Both the position numbers and the translations under genes were made by a program. The notes below the pieces were generated by a model. It did no database searches. It was given only the letters and a program-made list of their open reading frames with translations, and was not told where the DNA came from. Below, one piece after another: positions 16,291-24,774 of a DNA stretch of 38,235 bases (its first letter is position 1; every line of letters begins with the position of its first letter). Location of the stretch: NCBI GenBank assembly GCA_003641695.1, contig QNBL01000001.1, forward strand, positions 1 to 38,235, read 5' to 3'. The stretch is from Spirochaetota bacterium. GTDB taxonomy: Bacteria; Spirochaetota; Spirochaetia; B11-G9.

Positions 16291-18327
16291 ATGGGAAGTA
16301 TAGATCTACCGAAAAGTCCGATGGTATTTCATCCGGAAAAAAGAAGTGCGGTGGGTTCTCGAAACTCCCTTGCCCAGGAGAGTAGAGATCAGCAAGCCGA
16401 GGTCGACAATCTTTTAGCAGAAGAAGTCGACAAAGTTATGAACCATGTAAACGCAAAACTGCCTAAGGAAGTTCTTGAAAATATTGAGATTATGGGTGGT
16501 TTGAAGGAAAAAGTTTATAACTATTTTAATCAGAACTATCAGAACATGTTTAACCGTTACATTGTTACTGCAGAAGATGAAATGGTTAAAAAGGTACGTG
16601 ACTTCATTGACCGGGAGGAAATGAAAGTTCTTACCAGGTATACCCCAAAAGAGATCTCAAAGCTCTTGGATGAAGTAGGGGGCATGGACAGGTTCAACAC
16701 GGGCGAGATTGAGAAATCAATCGTTAATATGTATGGACATCTGCAGGGACATATTCAGAGGGGAGTAAACGATCTTGAGAACCTTACGAACTCACTTCTA
16801 CGGCAGAAAACCGATGTGGGAGCTTTTATACGCGGTGAGAATGCCTATTCTGTCGTCAAGTGTGCTTTTAAGGATAACCTTAAAAAGCCCAAAACGGTTA
16901 CAGAAGTCAAGTTATCGGTTAATATTCTTGATTCAGAACTGATCAGCCCTATATTCCACTATCAGGTAACTGTTGAGTATCTGATTAAGGACCTTATAGC
17001 CAAGAATATTATCGATGTTATTGACCGGGATATCGAGAGACTTAAAGACGAAAGAATTGATGAGGGGCTTGAAGAGCTCAATGACAGCGAAATTATCTTT
17101 GAAAAGATGAAAAGAGTTGAGAATTATACCTCCGATGATGTTGAAAGTCCAAAATCCAACCGGTATCACTATATGGCAAAGAGCCTTATGTCCCGATTGG
17201 AAGGGCTCCGCGCAGAAATAGATCCTGAGGAATTCGACCAGCTCAACATAAGAGAAAATCTTAAAAAGATAGTTGATCTGGAAAATATAAGGAACAGGGG
17301 TTACAATACCGCAATCAACTCAATCACCTCTATTCTTGATACCTCAAAAATGGGTTATCAATACATTGAGAACCTTAAAAATGCGAGAGAGCTTATAATC
17401 AGAGAGTATGAAGAAACTGACGCAAACATTCTTCCTGATGAGAGATACTCCATTAAAATGAAATACTATGATAACGCACAACTGATTGAGGAACGTAAAG
17501 CCTACGATGTTCAGGTTACCTCATTCGAGCAGGAAATACAGCACCTGTGGGATGTTCTTGAAGTCGTATACGAAGACAGTAAATTTTTTAAGCGTATTAC
17601 TGATTACGACGATCTGGCAAAGATCTACAGGAACAAGATTAGAAAGAGAATTAAACTTAAAACCGGAGACCCTGTTTATGAAGAACTGGATAAGGCATGG
17701 GACGAGATTTCCTTCGTAAGGGCTGCAGAAACCGATGTCGAGCAGAGAAACAGAACATACCTGTTTGAAAAGGACAAACTCAACAAAAAGCTTATCCTGA
17801 TGAAAGAAAAACTTCAGAAGATGTATGGATACAAGTATCCTATTCAGCGACGGGTTATCGAAGAAAGGCTTGAGTACCTGGAGCACGAGTACAAAAAGTT
17901 CGACTATATGATAAATCCCTATCATATTCAGCCCGGATTGCTTCTCGATGTGGATATTACTTCCATAAAGAGGAAAAAAGCTACTCTTGACGGTATGGCA
18001 AACGTACTGAACGAATTCCTCCATGGAGTATCCAAGGGATTTCAGGATGCTGCTTTTGCTTCATTCTCCAGAAGACGGTCTACCATCAGAGAGGATATTG
18101 ATCAGCATTTTGCAACAGATGTAGAAATGCTGGAAAATCCTGAAGGGAATATGGATGACAGTAAGGGACAGAAATATATTGATATGCTTAACAATCCCGA
18201 ATCTGCTACAACAATCAACAAGGTTTCAACAAAGAAACCCGCCAAAAAGAAAGGTGTTGTTGATTCAACTAAAAAGTCAAAACGGGGAAGGCCCAAGAAA
18301 AAGGGTGGATCTCTGAGATCATTGTAA
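16291..18327 (+). CDS. cfpA: Candidate cytoplasmic filament protein CfpA (678-aa coiled-coil protein) with a C-terminal AT-hook/K-rich tail
   Basis: ATG at 16291 is preceded by AAGGAG (16279-16284). The protein is 678 aa with no signal peptide or TM segment. It is K/E/D/N-rich and helical-looking. Size and gene order (VWA / this gene / small unknown / ppdK) match my memory of T. pallidum TP0750, TP0748, TP0747 and TP0746. The assignment is by size and synteny, not by sequence alignment. Confidence 0.55.
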   Translation: MGSIDLPKSPMVFHPEKRSAVGSRNSLAQESRDQQAEVDNLLAEEVDKVMNHVNAKLPKEVLENIEIMGGLKEKVYNYFNQNYQNMFNRYIVTAEDEMVKKVRDFIDREEMKVLTRYTPKEISKLLDEVGGMDRFNTGEIEKSIVNMYGHLQGHIQRGVNDLENLTNSLLRQKTDVGAFIRGENAYSVVKCAFKDNLKKPKTVTEVKLSVNILDSELISPIFHYQVTVEYLIKDLIAKNIIDVIDRDIERLKDERIDEGLEELNDSEIIFEKMKRVENYTSDDVESPKSNRYHYMAKSLMSRLEGLRAEIDPEEFDQLNIRENLKKIVDLENIRNRGYNTAINSITSILDTSKMGYQYIENLKNARELIIREYEETDANILPDERYSIKMKYYDNAQLIEERKAYDVQVTSFEQEIQHLWDVLEVVYEDSKFFKRITDYDDLAKIYRNKIRKRIKLKTGDPVYEELDKAWDEISFVRAAETDVEQRNRTYLFEKDKLNKKLILMKEKLQKMYGYKYPIQRRVIEERLEYLEHEYKKFDYMINPYHIQPGLLLDVDITSIKRKKATLDGMANVLNEFLHGVSKGFQDAAFASFSRRRSTIREDIDQHFATDVEMLENPEGNMDDSKGQKYIDMLNNPESATTINKVSTKKPAKKKGVVDSTKKSKRGRPKKKGGSLRSL

Positions 18328-18343
18328 GTATAGACCTACAGGC

Positions 18344-18375
18344 AAAAACATCGTCATACGGCGATGTTTTTGTCA
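18344..18375 (+). terminator. Rho-independent terminator after the cfpA-like gene
   Basis: AAAAACATCG (18344-18353) pairs with CGATGTTTTT (18362-18371) around an 8-nt loop. It runs into TTTTTGTCATTTT. Confidence 0.7.
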
Positions 18376-18391
18376 TTTTATGGAGCGGATT

Positions 18392-19411
18392 ATGGATGAA
18401 AGTTATTTTTACGATTTCGAAAAGTTATCAACAAAAGAAGGATTTAACAAATCGCTCGCACATTTTCAGGGTATTGCTGACATAATTGGCGATTTTGAGG
18501 ACTATTACAATCTTGCCGATGTAATAAATGAACTTCTTCTTAAAAAAGAAATGCAGCAGAATCAGATCCTTCCGGCTGTATATGCACTTTTAGTTGATAA
18601 ATATTCTTATTTTTCATTATCTCTTAATCTTAAGAAAACACTGAATGATTTTGCTCCTCTTTACGAAACAGTTAAAAAGTGGAAGGGAGTTGATGTCGTT
18701 ATACTGTATCATCATCCTGATCTCGGCCCGACACTCATCAATCCGAAAAACAAGAAGCATTTTGAATTCATCAATAATTTTAAGAGCAATGAATTGGTTA
18801 CAATCTATACCGGGATGTTCGCTGATCCTGACAAGAATAAAATAAGAGAAAAAGCAGCTCTGGCCATAAGTAAATATTTTGAAGGATTAAAAATCACTTC
18901 CAACGATAAGTTTTTGCAAGGAAAATATTCATTCAAGTCTATGTCTGCAGAAGCACCTGCTGTAAAGAAAAAGTCTCCGGGTAGAAAGAAGGCAGTAAAA
19001 ACTGCGGTAAAGAGTACCGCCAAGAAGGAGGCGGTAAAACCTGAAAATCCTCCTCAGAAACCTGAATCTACAGCTGTTGGCGGAAGGATGACTCCTCTTT
19101 ATTCAGTTCCCGTAACAAACGAGCTTTTCCACAACGGAAATGTAGAAGCCTGGAAAAAGATTATTCAGAGTTACAATACAAAACATCCCGAACTTGAAGT
19201 TTATATCTACTACGACGGAGAGCGGATTCACGATATTCATTCTCTTTTTAAATGGGGCAAGGTTAAACATGGAAGCACAATACTTTTTGCAGTGAAGGGT
19301 GAGAATATCAAAGATGTTGCAAAACTTCAAAGATATTTCAGGCAGGGAGCAAGCCCCATGTTTGAATCATTTCTTAAGTTTCCTGTCAATAAAATTCTCA
19401 ATCTATTTTAG
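18392..19411 (+). CDS. Hypothetical two-domain protein with a lysine/alanine/proline-rich (H1/SPKK-like) linker
   Basis: I prefer the ATG at 18392 (GGAG at 18382-18385, 6-nt spacing) over 18380. Linker AVKKKSPGRKKAVKTAVKSTAKKEAVKPENPPQKPE at nt ~18947-19085. No recognised catalytic motif. Confidence 0.7.
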   Translation: MDESYFYDFEKLSTKEGFNKSLAHFQGIADIIGDFEDYYNLADVINELLLKKEMQQNQILPAVYALLVDKYSYFSLSLNLKKTLNDFAPLYETVKKWKGVDVVILYHHPDLGPTLINPKNKKHFEFINNFKSNELVTIYTGMFADPDKNKIREKAALAISKYFEGLKITSNDKFLQGKYSFKSMSAEAPAVKKKSPGRKKAVKTAVKSTAKKEAVKPENPPQKPESTAVGGRMTPLYSVPVTNELFHNGNVEAWKKIIQSYNTKHPELEVYIYYDGERIHDIHSLFKWGKVKHGSTILFAVKGENIKDVAKLQRYFRQGASPMFESFLKFPVNKILNLF

Positions 19412-19438
19412 AAAAGTAATCTAATCCTGGAGGAGATC

Positions 19439-22075
19439 ATGAAAAAAAATATACATTTTTTCAGCAGCAATTCTTATGTAAAAAACAAAAAAAAATGGGA
19501 TAGCTTTGGTCTCAGAGGTAAAGAGGCTATGGAATTCGCTGGAATGTCTCTTCCAATTTTACCCGGGTTTATCATTGATGCCGAAATTTCTGCACATCTC
19601 GCCGATGAGGATATATCAAAAAACATAAAGCCTTACCTGAAAAAGTGTGAGGAAATAACAGGAAAGATTTTCAATGATGAGAAAGAACCGCTTCTTGTTA
19701 AAGTTGTAATCAGCCCCAATCTTGCCATTATGAACTATCCGGCTCTGCATAATTTCGGATTAACCGAAAAAACACTGAAGGGTTTCAACAAATATGTCGG
19801 TAATGAGTTCGGGTATCATGAAATACTCTTTCAGATTAGAGGTGCTCTCCAGATCGAAAAGAGGATTGCCGAACTTGAAGACAGAAAAAAAGAGCTTGCT
19901 ATTTTTGATAAAAGCCTTGCTGAACTGGAAAAAGAGCTTGCCAAAAATAATAGTCTGAAAAAACTAGAAGATCTGTATGAAAGATTCAAGAAATATATGC
20001 CGGACGATTTCTTTGAGGATGCTTATGTCCAGCTGGAAACATTTCTTAAACGGGTTAGCCATATGCTTCTTCTGGACGATCTCGACGATGATGATGCCGC
20101 CATTCTCATACAGCCCATGGTTTACGGAAACTACGGCAAGGACAGTGGGGCCGGCTACTTTTTTACCAGGGATATAATTACCGGTGAAAAAAAACTTTCA
20201 GGCTTCTTTGCTCAGAACCGTTTTAACGAAACTGAAACAACCTCCATGGATATAAACAAGATAAAGCCGAAGTTCCTTAAAGAACTTGAAAAGATTGCAA
20301 GAGCCGTAGAAGAACATTTCAAAGAGATCCGTTCCATTCACTATACGATAGAAAACGGACGTGTCTGGCTTATTGATCAAAGATCTGTAATGACAAAATC
20401 AACAAGATCCGATGTAAAAATCCTTCTTGATTTGTACAGCAGGAAAATTATTGATAAAGAATTCCTTATTAATGCCATAAAGCCTGAACAGCTGAATGAA
20501 ATTCTGCATCCCGTAATCGATAGAGCATCGACCAAGGGTTTTGAAAAAGCATCAGGCGGTATCGCTGGTGCTCCCGGAGCTGCCATAGGTCAATTATACT
20601 TCTCTACAGAATCTCTTCTTGATGCCTATAAGATTGCTCAGCAGAAAGGTCTTGATTCAAGAATGATTCTTTGTATGCCCTCTACCTTTGCAGAAGATGT
20701 TAAAGCTATTGAAGTATCAACAGGAGTTCTATCTGGAGAAGGGGGGTATGCAGCTCATGCTTCTGTTGTTGCCAGACAGTATGGGAAGGTTTCCCTCGTA
20801 CACGACGGATTGAAGTTCAACGGCAAAAAGGTAACGCTGAACGGAAAAACAATTAAAGAGGGCCAGATTGTAACCCTCAATGTTCCCCATTTTGGAGAAC
20901 CTGAAATTTTCTTCGGAGAGACTAAACTCATTGAACCTGATCCGAAAGAATCCGGGCTTCTGGATTTTATAAACATTATAAAAAGTGAACTTAAAGATTT
21001 TAGAGTCAGAGTTAATGCCGATAAACCCAGAGATGCTGAGCTTGCAGTAAAATTCGGGGCTGACGGAATTGGACTGTGCAGAACGGAACATATGTTTTTC
21101 GATGAAAAAAGGATTAATGTCTTCAGGCAGATGATTATATCCGATGATCCGAAAGAAAGAGCCAAGGTCTTAAAAAGATTAAAGACAATGCAGAAAAGTG
21201 ATTTTTACAAGCTTTTTAAAATTATGGAAGGTAAAGAGGTTACAATCAGACTTCTTGATGCCCCGCTTCATGAATTTCTTCCCCATAACAAAGATGAACT
21301 TAAAAAGTTCCTTGATTTTATGAAAAACGGCAAAGGCGGGAAAACCATTACCGAGGCCAGAGTTTTGGAGCTTATGGAAAACCTGAAGGAATTCAATCCA
21401 ATGCTCGGGCACCGCGGCTGCCGTATTGCTGTATCGTATCCTGAAATCTACGAAATGCAGATGGAGGCCATATTTGAAGCGGTCTATCAACTTAAAAGTG
21501 AAAAGGTTGATGTAAGACCGGAAATAATGATTCCTCTCATTATGAACGAATCTGAACTTAAACTTATAATATTCGGTAAAAAAATCGAGGGTTCCACATA
21601 TAGTGGTCTGCTCAAAACCGAAGAGGACCTAAGAGCCAGATTAAAAGCAAAATCTGTAAAGTACAAGTTCGGAACAATGATTGAACTTCCAGTTGCAGCT
21701 TTGGGTGCCGGAGAGATAGCCAAATATGCTCAGTTTTTCTCATTTGGAACCAATGATCTGACTCAGACGACTATAGGCCTTTCCAGGGATGACTACACTT
21801 CGTTCATGCCTGATTATACTCTGTATGACATTATTGACGGTAATCCTTTTATCAAACTGAACAAGTATGTGAAAGAACTTATAACCACTGCTGTAAGAAG
21901 GGGGAAAATGACCAGACCTGAACTAAAAAAAGGACTCTGCGGGGAACATGGAGCTGTACCTGAAAATATAAAATTCTGTATGAAAGCAGGACTCGATTAC
22001 GTTTCATGTTCCGTATATTCAGTTCCGATTGCCTTACTTTCTGTTGTTCAAAATACAATTAACGAACAAAAGTAA
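19439..22075 (+). CDS. ppdK: Pyruvate,phosphate dikinase homologue (canonical His and PEP domains, divergent N-terminal nucleotide-binding domain)
   Basis: SD GGAGGAG upstream of the start. Motifs present: GGYAAHASVVARQYGK (His codon at 20756-20758), CRTEHMFF, LDAPLHEF, NPMLGHRGCR, GTMIELP, FFSFGTNDLTQ, GLCGEHG. At 878 aa it is typical PPDK length. Confidence 0.85.
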   Translation: MKKNIHFFSSNSYVKNKKKWDSFGLRGKEAMEFAGMSLPILPGFIIDAEISAHLADEDISKNIKPYLKKCEEITGKIFNDEKEPLLVKVVISPNLAIMNYPALHNFGLTEKTLKGFNKYVGNEFGYHEILFQIRGALQIEKRIAELEDRKKELAIFDKSLAELEKELAKNNSLKKLEDLYERFKKYMPDDFFEDAYVQLETFLKRVSHMLLLDDLDDDDAAILIQPMVYGNYGKDSGAGYFFTRDIITGEKKLSGFFAQNRFNETETTSMDINKIKPKFLKELEKIARAVEEHFKEIRSIHYTIENGRVWLIDQRSVMTKSTRSDVKILLDLYSRKIIDKEFLINAIKPEQLNEILHPVIDRASTKGFEKASGGIAGAPGAAIGQLYFSTESLLDAYKIAQQKGLDSRMILCMPSTFAEDVKAIEVSTGVLSGEGGYAAHASVVARQYGKVSLVHDGLKFNGKKVTLNGKTIKEGQIVTLNVPHFGEPEIFFGETKLIEPDPKESGLLDFINIIKSELKDFRVRVNADKPRDAELAVKFGADGIGLCRTEHMFFDEKRINVFRQMIISDDPKERAKVLKRLKTMQKSDFYKLFKIMEGKEVTIRLLDAPLHEFLPHNKDELKKFLDFMKNGKGGKTITEARVLELMENLKEFNPMLGHRGCRIAVSYPEIYEMQMEAIFEAVYQLKSEKVDVRPEIMIPLIMNESELKLIIFGKKIEGSTYSGLLKTEEDLRARLKAKSVKYKFGTMIELPVAALGAGEIAKYAQFFSFGTNDLTQTTIGLSRDDYTSFMPDYTLYDIIDGNPFIKLNKYVKELITTAVRRGKMTRPELKKGLCGEHGAVPENIKFCMKAGLDYVSCSVYSVPIALLSVVQNTINEQK

Positions 22076-22124
22076 ACATTCCTGGCTTATAACCGGGTTT
22101 GGTCGCTTCGCCGGGCGCACAAAC

Positions 22125-22161
22125 AAAAAAGGAGAAGTTCTTTATGAACTTCTCCTTTTTA
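22125..22161. terminator. Bidirectional rho-independent terminator between convergent ppdK and the 181-aa ORF
   Basis: GGAGAAGTTC (22131-22140), TTTAT loop, GAACTTCTCC (22146-22155). It is flanked by an A-run upstream and TTTTT downstream, so it can work on both strands. Confidence 0.8.
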
Positions 22162-22184
22162 ATACCCCTTTTCAGTTAACTCTT

Positions 22185-22730
22185 CTACCAGATACTGAAG
22201 CTTTTTACTACTTCCAGTATTTTTTCTCCAGCTTTTTTTGCATCTGATTTGGGGACACCGGCTTCTTTGCTTAAAGTTTCAACAAAAAAATAGTTAAGAT
22301 TTTCGAAGATGTCATCTCTATTATAAAAGATCAGTGAAAAGTTAACACCTGTCGGTCTAAGGATCGTGAATGATGAATATGTTATTACAGGTTTCTTACT
22401 GATCATTACCCTTGTTTGATTAGATGCGGTTACAATTTCAAGTTCAGAAAATCTATGGGGAATTAAATGTTCTGTATCCCTTCTAAAAGGTTCAATATAT
22501 TTCTTGGAATATATTGCCGGTTCAGATAAAATAAAAACCTTGTTGCCGTCGGTTTGAAAAGTAAGACCCTCTTTTGTTAAATATATTGTTTTGACCCCGT
22601 TGTATGCAACAATCTCATACTTGGAGTACTTACTCCGGGTATTAAAAAATGATGAAACTATGTATCCCCCGTCCCTTGGAAGTTTATCCTCATTATATGC
22701 CTGGAAAAGATCCAACGCTTTAACATCCAT
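22185..22730 (-). CDS. Hypothetical protein (181 aa), no recognised domain
   Basis: I prefer the start at 22730 (MDVKALD...), which has GGAGGA 6 nt upstream, over 22751. The gene lies 55 nt downstream of the TPR gene on the same strand and ends at the bidirectional terminator. Confidence 0.65.
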   Translation of the reverse strand: MDVKALDLFQAYNEDKLPRDGGYIVSSFFNTRSKYSKYEIVAYNGVKTIYLTKEGLTFQTDGNKVFILSEPAIYSKKYIEPFRRDTEHLIPHRFSELEIVTASNQTRVMISKKPVITYSSFTILRPTGVNFSLIFYNRDDIFENLNYFFVETLSKEAGVPKSDAKKAGEKILEVVKSFSIW

Positions 22731-22785
22731 AACACATCCTCCTATAAACAATTATATGTAAAAAAAGTATAAAATAGCAAGAAAA

Positions 22786-24657
22786 TTATTTTTTTCTTTT
22801 TTCGGCTTCCGTTAAGAATCTCTCAGCAAAATCTTCCAACCCCTGTTCTTTGTACAGCATTCCAAGGTTTTTATATGATCTCCAGTCCTGGGGGAATTTG
22901 CTTATATTCTCTCTGAAGAGAGCAGCAGCTTTTTCGAGATTCCCTGATCTGTAGAGAAGAACCCCCAGGATAAGAAATAAACTACTTTCAGGTTTCTTTC
23001 TGAATCTCAGTGCGCTTTCAAGAAGCTCAATGCTTTTATCAATTTCACCGTTCTTTTCCTTGCAGTATATCAGAGCCTTGAGATAAATCGTGTTTTCCGG
23101 ATCGTCCCGTAACAAGCTGCGGTACAGGATAACAGCATTATTAAAATCACCGGTTAGGCGGTAGCTGTTTGCAAGAATCCTGGTTATTTTTATGCTTTTT
23201 GTGTACCCCAAAGCTCTTTCCGATTCCCGAATAACACGTTTGAACTTCTTTTTTTTGTATAGCAGCAGAATATAATCTTTAAGCATTCTCATATCAAAAT
23301 ATCCGGCTGAAAAGAAATTGTCATAAGCTTTTAAAAGCTTATTATCTTCACCGGTTTTCTTATATGTTTCAATAAAATCAACAAGCAGCTCGTAAGTCGG
23401 TCCCAGCAGTTTTTCAGCATTTACAAACCATTTTTCTGCAAGAGATTCCAGGCCGGAATTCAAGTATTCTTCCCCTAAAAATCTGAACAGAAAAGGGTCT
23501 TTGGGGTTGAGTCTTATTTGCTCCTGGAGCGCATTTATCGTAACTGATGAATCATAACCGAGTTTACAGTAAACCAGAGCAGTATAATATTCAGTGATTG
23601 GATCATCGGGGTTTATCTGTGAAAGTTTATAAAGTTCTTTCAGCATCTCTTCATACTCTTCAGTCTGCCAGAGGAGAAGAATATATCCATAGAGAATTTC
23701 TATTCTGGACCGGTCTATTTCAAAAGCACGTAAATAGTGGTTTTTTGCAAATGTAAACTGATTCATTACCCGGTAGGATTCCGCCATAATCAGATGCATG
23801 TCGAGATCTTTTCCATTTTTTTTAAGGGCTTCTCTTCCAAAAAAAATTGCTTCTTTATAATCCTTCTGATTAAAGTATTTTATCGAAAGAAATCTTTCTT
23901 CCTTTTTATTATCGATATCGTTTATATCTGTATAACCTTCAATGCTCAATTTACGGAGTTCCGATTCTGCTTCTTCCTTATGTCCTGTCTGATAGAGAAG
24001 CAGTGCCCGTCTTAGAAGGAGTAGTTCATCATCAGGAGAGAGTGCAATTGCCTTGTTGTAGTAATCCATGGCTTCATCAAGATTTCCAAGTTGTCGTTCG
24101 AGCATGCCGAGATAAACGTAGGGAATTACTTTGTCCTCACTATAACCTGTATAAAAAACAAACATATCTCTGGCAAGTAAAAGTTCTCCGAGATTAAACT
24201 TTCTGATGGCAGAAATGAGCAGACAGTTGAGGTAAATCTCAAAAACCCTTCTGTTCCCGGGAGATATCTCGACAGCTTCTCCGAGGTACTTTAATGCGGA
24301 TTCAAATCTCCTGAGTTTCATCAGGGCAAGGCCGAGGAATCCCCTGGCATGTGCAGACTCCGGGTAGAACTTTAATGATAACTTCAAGTGGGGAACAGCA
24401 TTCTTTACCAGTCCGGAGACCATATACGATCTTCCCATGAAAAAATGGCCGATTGCCGAATCCGGCTCTTTCTCGAGAAACATTCTTAAATAACGGATCG
24501 AGAGAGCGTAATGTCCCAAAGCATAGTAGCTTCTGCCGAGATACAGATATGCTTCAGGTATATCTTCTTTCCCTATAACTTCAAGAAGGATCTCAACCGC
24601 TTTTCTGTAATTTCTCTTTTTCCCGAAAGAAACTGCTTCCTGTATTTTTTTATTCAT
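22786..24657 (-). CDS. Tetratricopeptide-repeat (TPR) protein, 623 aa
   Basis: 34-aa repeats with the A/Y/L/G/P TPR pattern run throughout (e.g. AYLYLGRSYYALGHYALSIRYLRMFLEKEPD, YKNLGMLYKEQGLEDFAERFLTEA). No signal peptide. Confidence 0.85.
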   Translation of the reverse strand: MNKKIQEAVSFGKKRNYRKAVEILLEVIGKEDIPEAYLYLGRSYYALGHYALSIRYLRMFLEKEPDSAIGHFFMGRSYMVSGLVKNAVPHLKLSLKFYPESAHARGFLGLALMKLRRFESALKYLGEAVEISPGNRRVFEIYLNCLLISAIRKFNLGELLLARDMFVFYTGYSEDKVIPYVYLGMLERQLGNLDEAMDYYNKAIALSPDDELLLLRRALLLYQTGHKEEAESELRKLSIEGYTDINDIDNKKEERFLSIKYFNQKDYKEAIFFGREALKKNGKDLDMHLIMAESYRVMNQFTFAKNHYLRAFEIDRSRIEILYGYILLLWQTEEYEEMLKELYKLSQINPDDPITEYYTALVYCKLGYDSSVTINALQEQIRLNPKDPFLFRFLGEEYLNSGLESLAEKWFVNAEKLLGPTYELLVDFIETYKKTGEDNKLLKAYDNFFSAGYFDMRMLKDYILLLYKKKKFKRVIRESERALGYTKSIKITRILANSYRLTGDFNNAVILYRSLLRDDPENTIYLKALIYCKEKNGEIDKSIELLESALRFRKKPESSLFLILGVLLYRSGNLEKAAALFRENISKFPQDWRSYKNLGMLYKEQGLEDFAERFLTEAEKRKK

Positions 24658-24710
24658 TGATTAATTGTATCTCTAAAGGGCTATTTCAGCAACAATGGAA
24701 CACTTATGCT

Positions 24711-24739
24711 TTGACAAATTATCCTTTATTTGCAATTAT
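24711..24739 (+). promoter_or_regulatory. Candidate sigma70-like promoter for purA
   Basis: Perfect -35 TTGACA (24711-24716). An A/T-rich -10 candidate AATTAT at 17-nt spacing (24734-24739). The -10 element is weak. Confidence 0.35.
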
Positions 24740-24774
24740 ATATTTCGAATCAAATTAATTTATGGAGATTTTGT

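Noticed and set aside
17521-18024. A 167-aa antisense ORF inside the cfpA-like gene
   Set aside because: It is fully nested opposite a strongly supported CDS. It has no SD, and its composition is hydrophobic and F/L/V-rich, as expected for the reverse frame of K/E/N-rich coding sequence.
19487-19495. A9 runs (19487-19495 in ppdK; 27562-27570 in the MATE gene) and A8/T8 runs (~1409-1416, ~1734-1741, 30603-30610) as possible phase-variation tracts
   Set aside because: Most of these runs are consecutive AAA Lys codons, and the remainder are T-rich Phe/Leu codons. Such runs are expected in an AT-rich genome, and here they occur in housekeeping genes. Only the G9 tract is compositionally unexpected.
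22029-22247. A 72-aa plus-strand ORF running from the ppdK 3' end across the intergenic region
   Set aside because: It reads straight through the bidirectional terminator hairpin and into the opposite-strand gene. It has no SD.
24730-24774. Longer tracked starts for purA (24730), nadE (28872), the LCP gene (8275), the 181-aa ORF (22751) and the 339-aa ORF (18380)
   Set aside because: In each case a downstream in-frame ATG has a GGAG-type SD. That ATG also gives the N-terminus expected for the family (for example MNIVVIGAQWGDEGKGK for PurA) or a proper TM/signal start.
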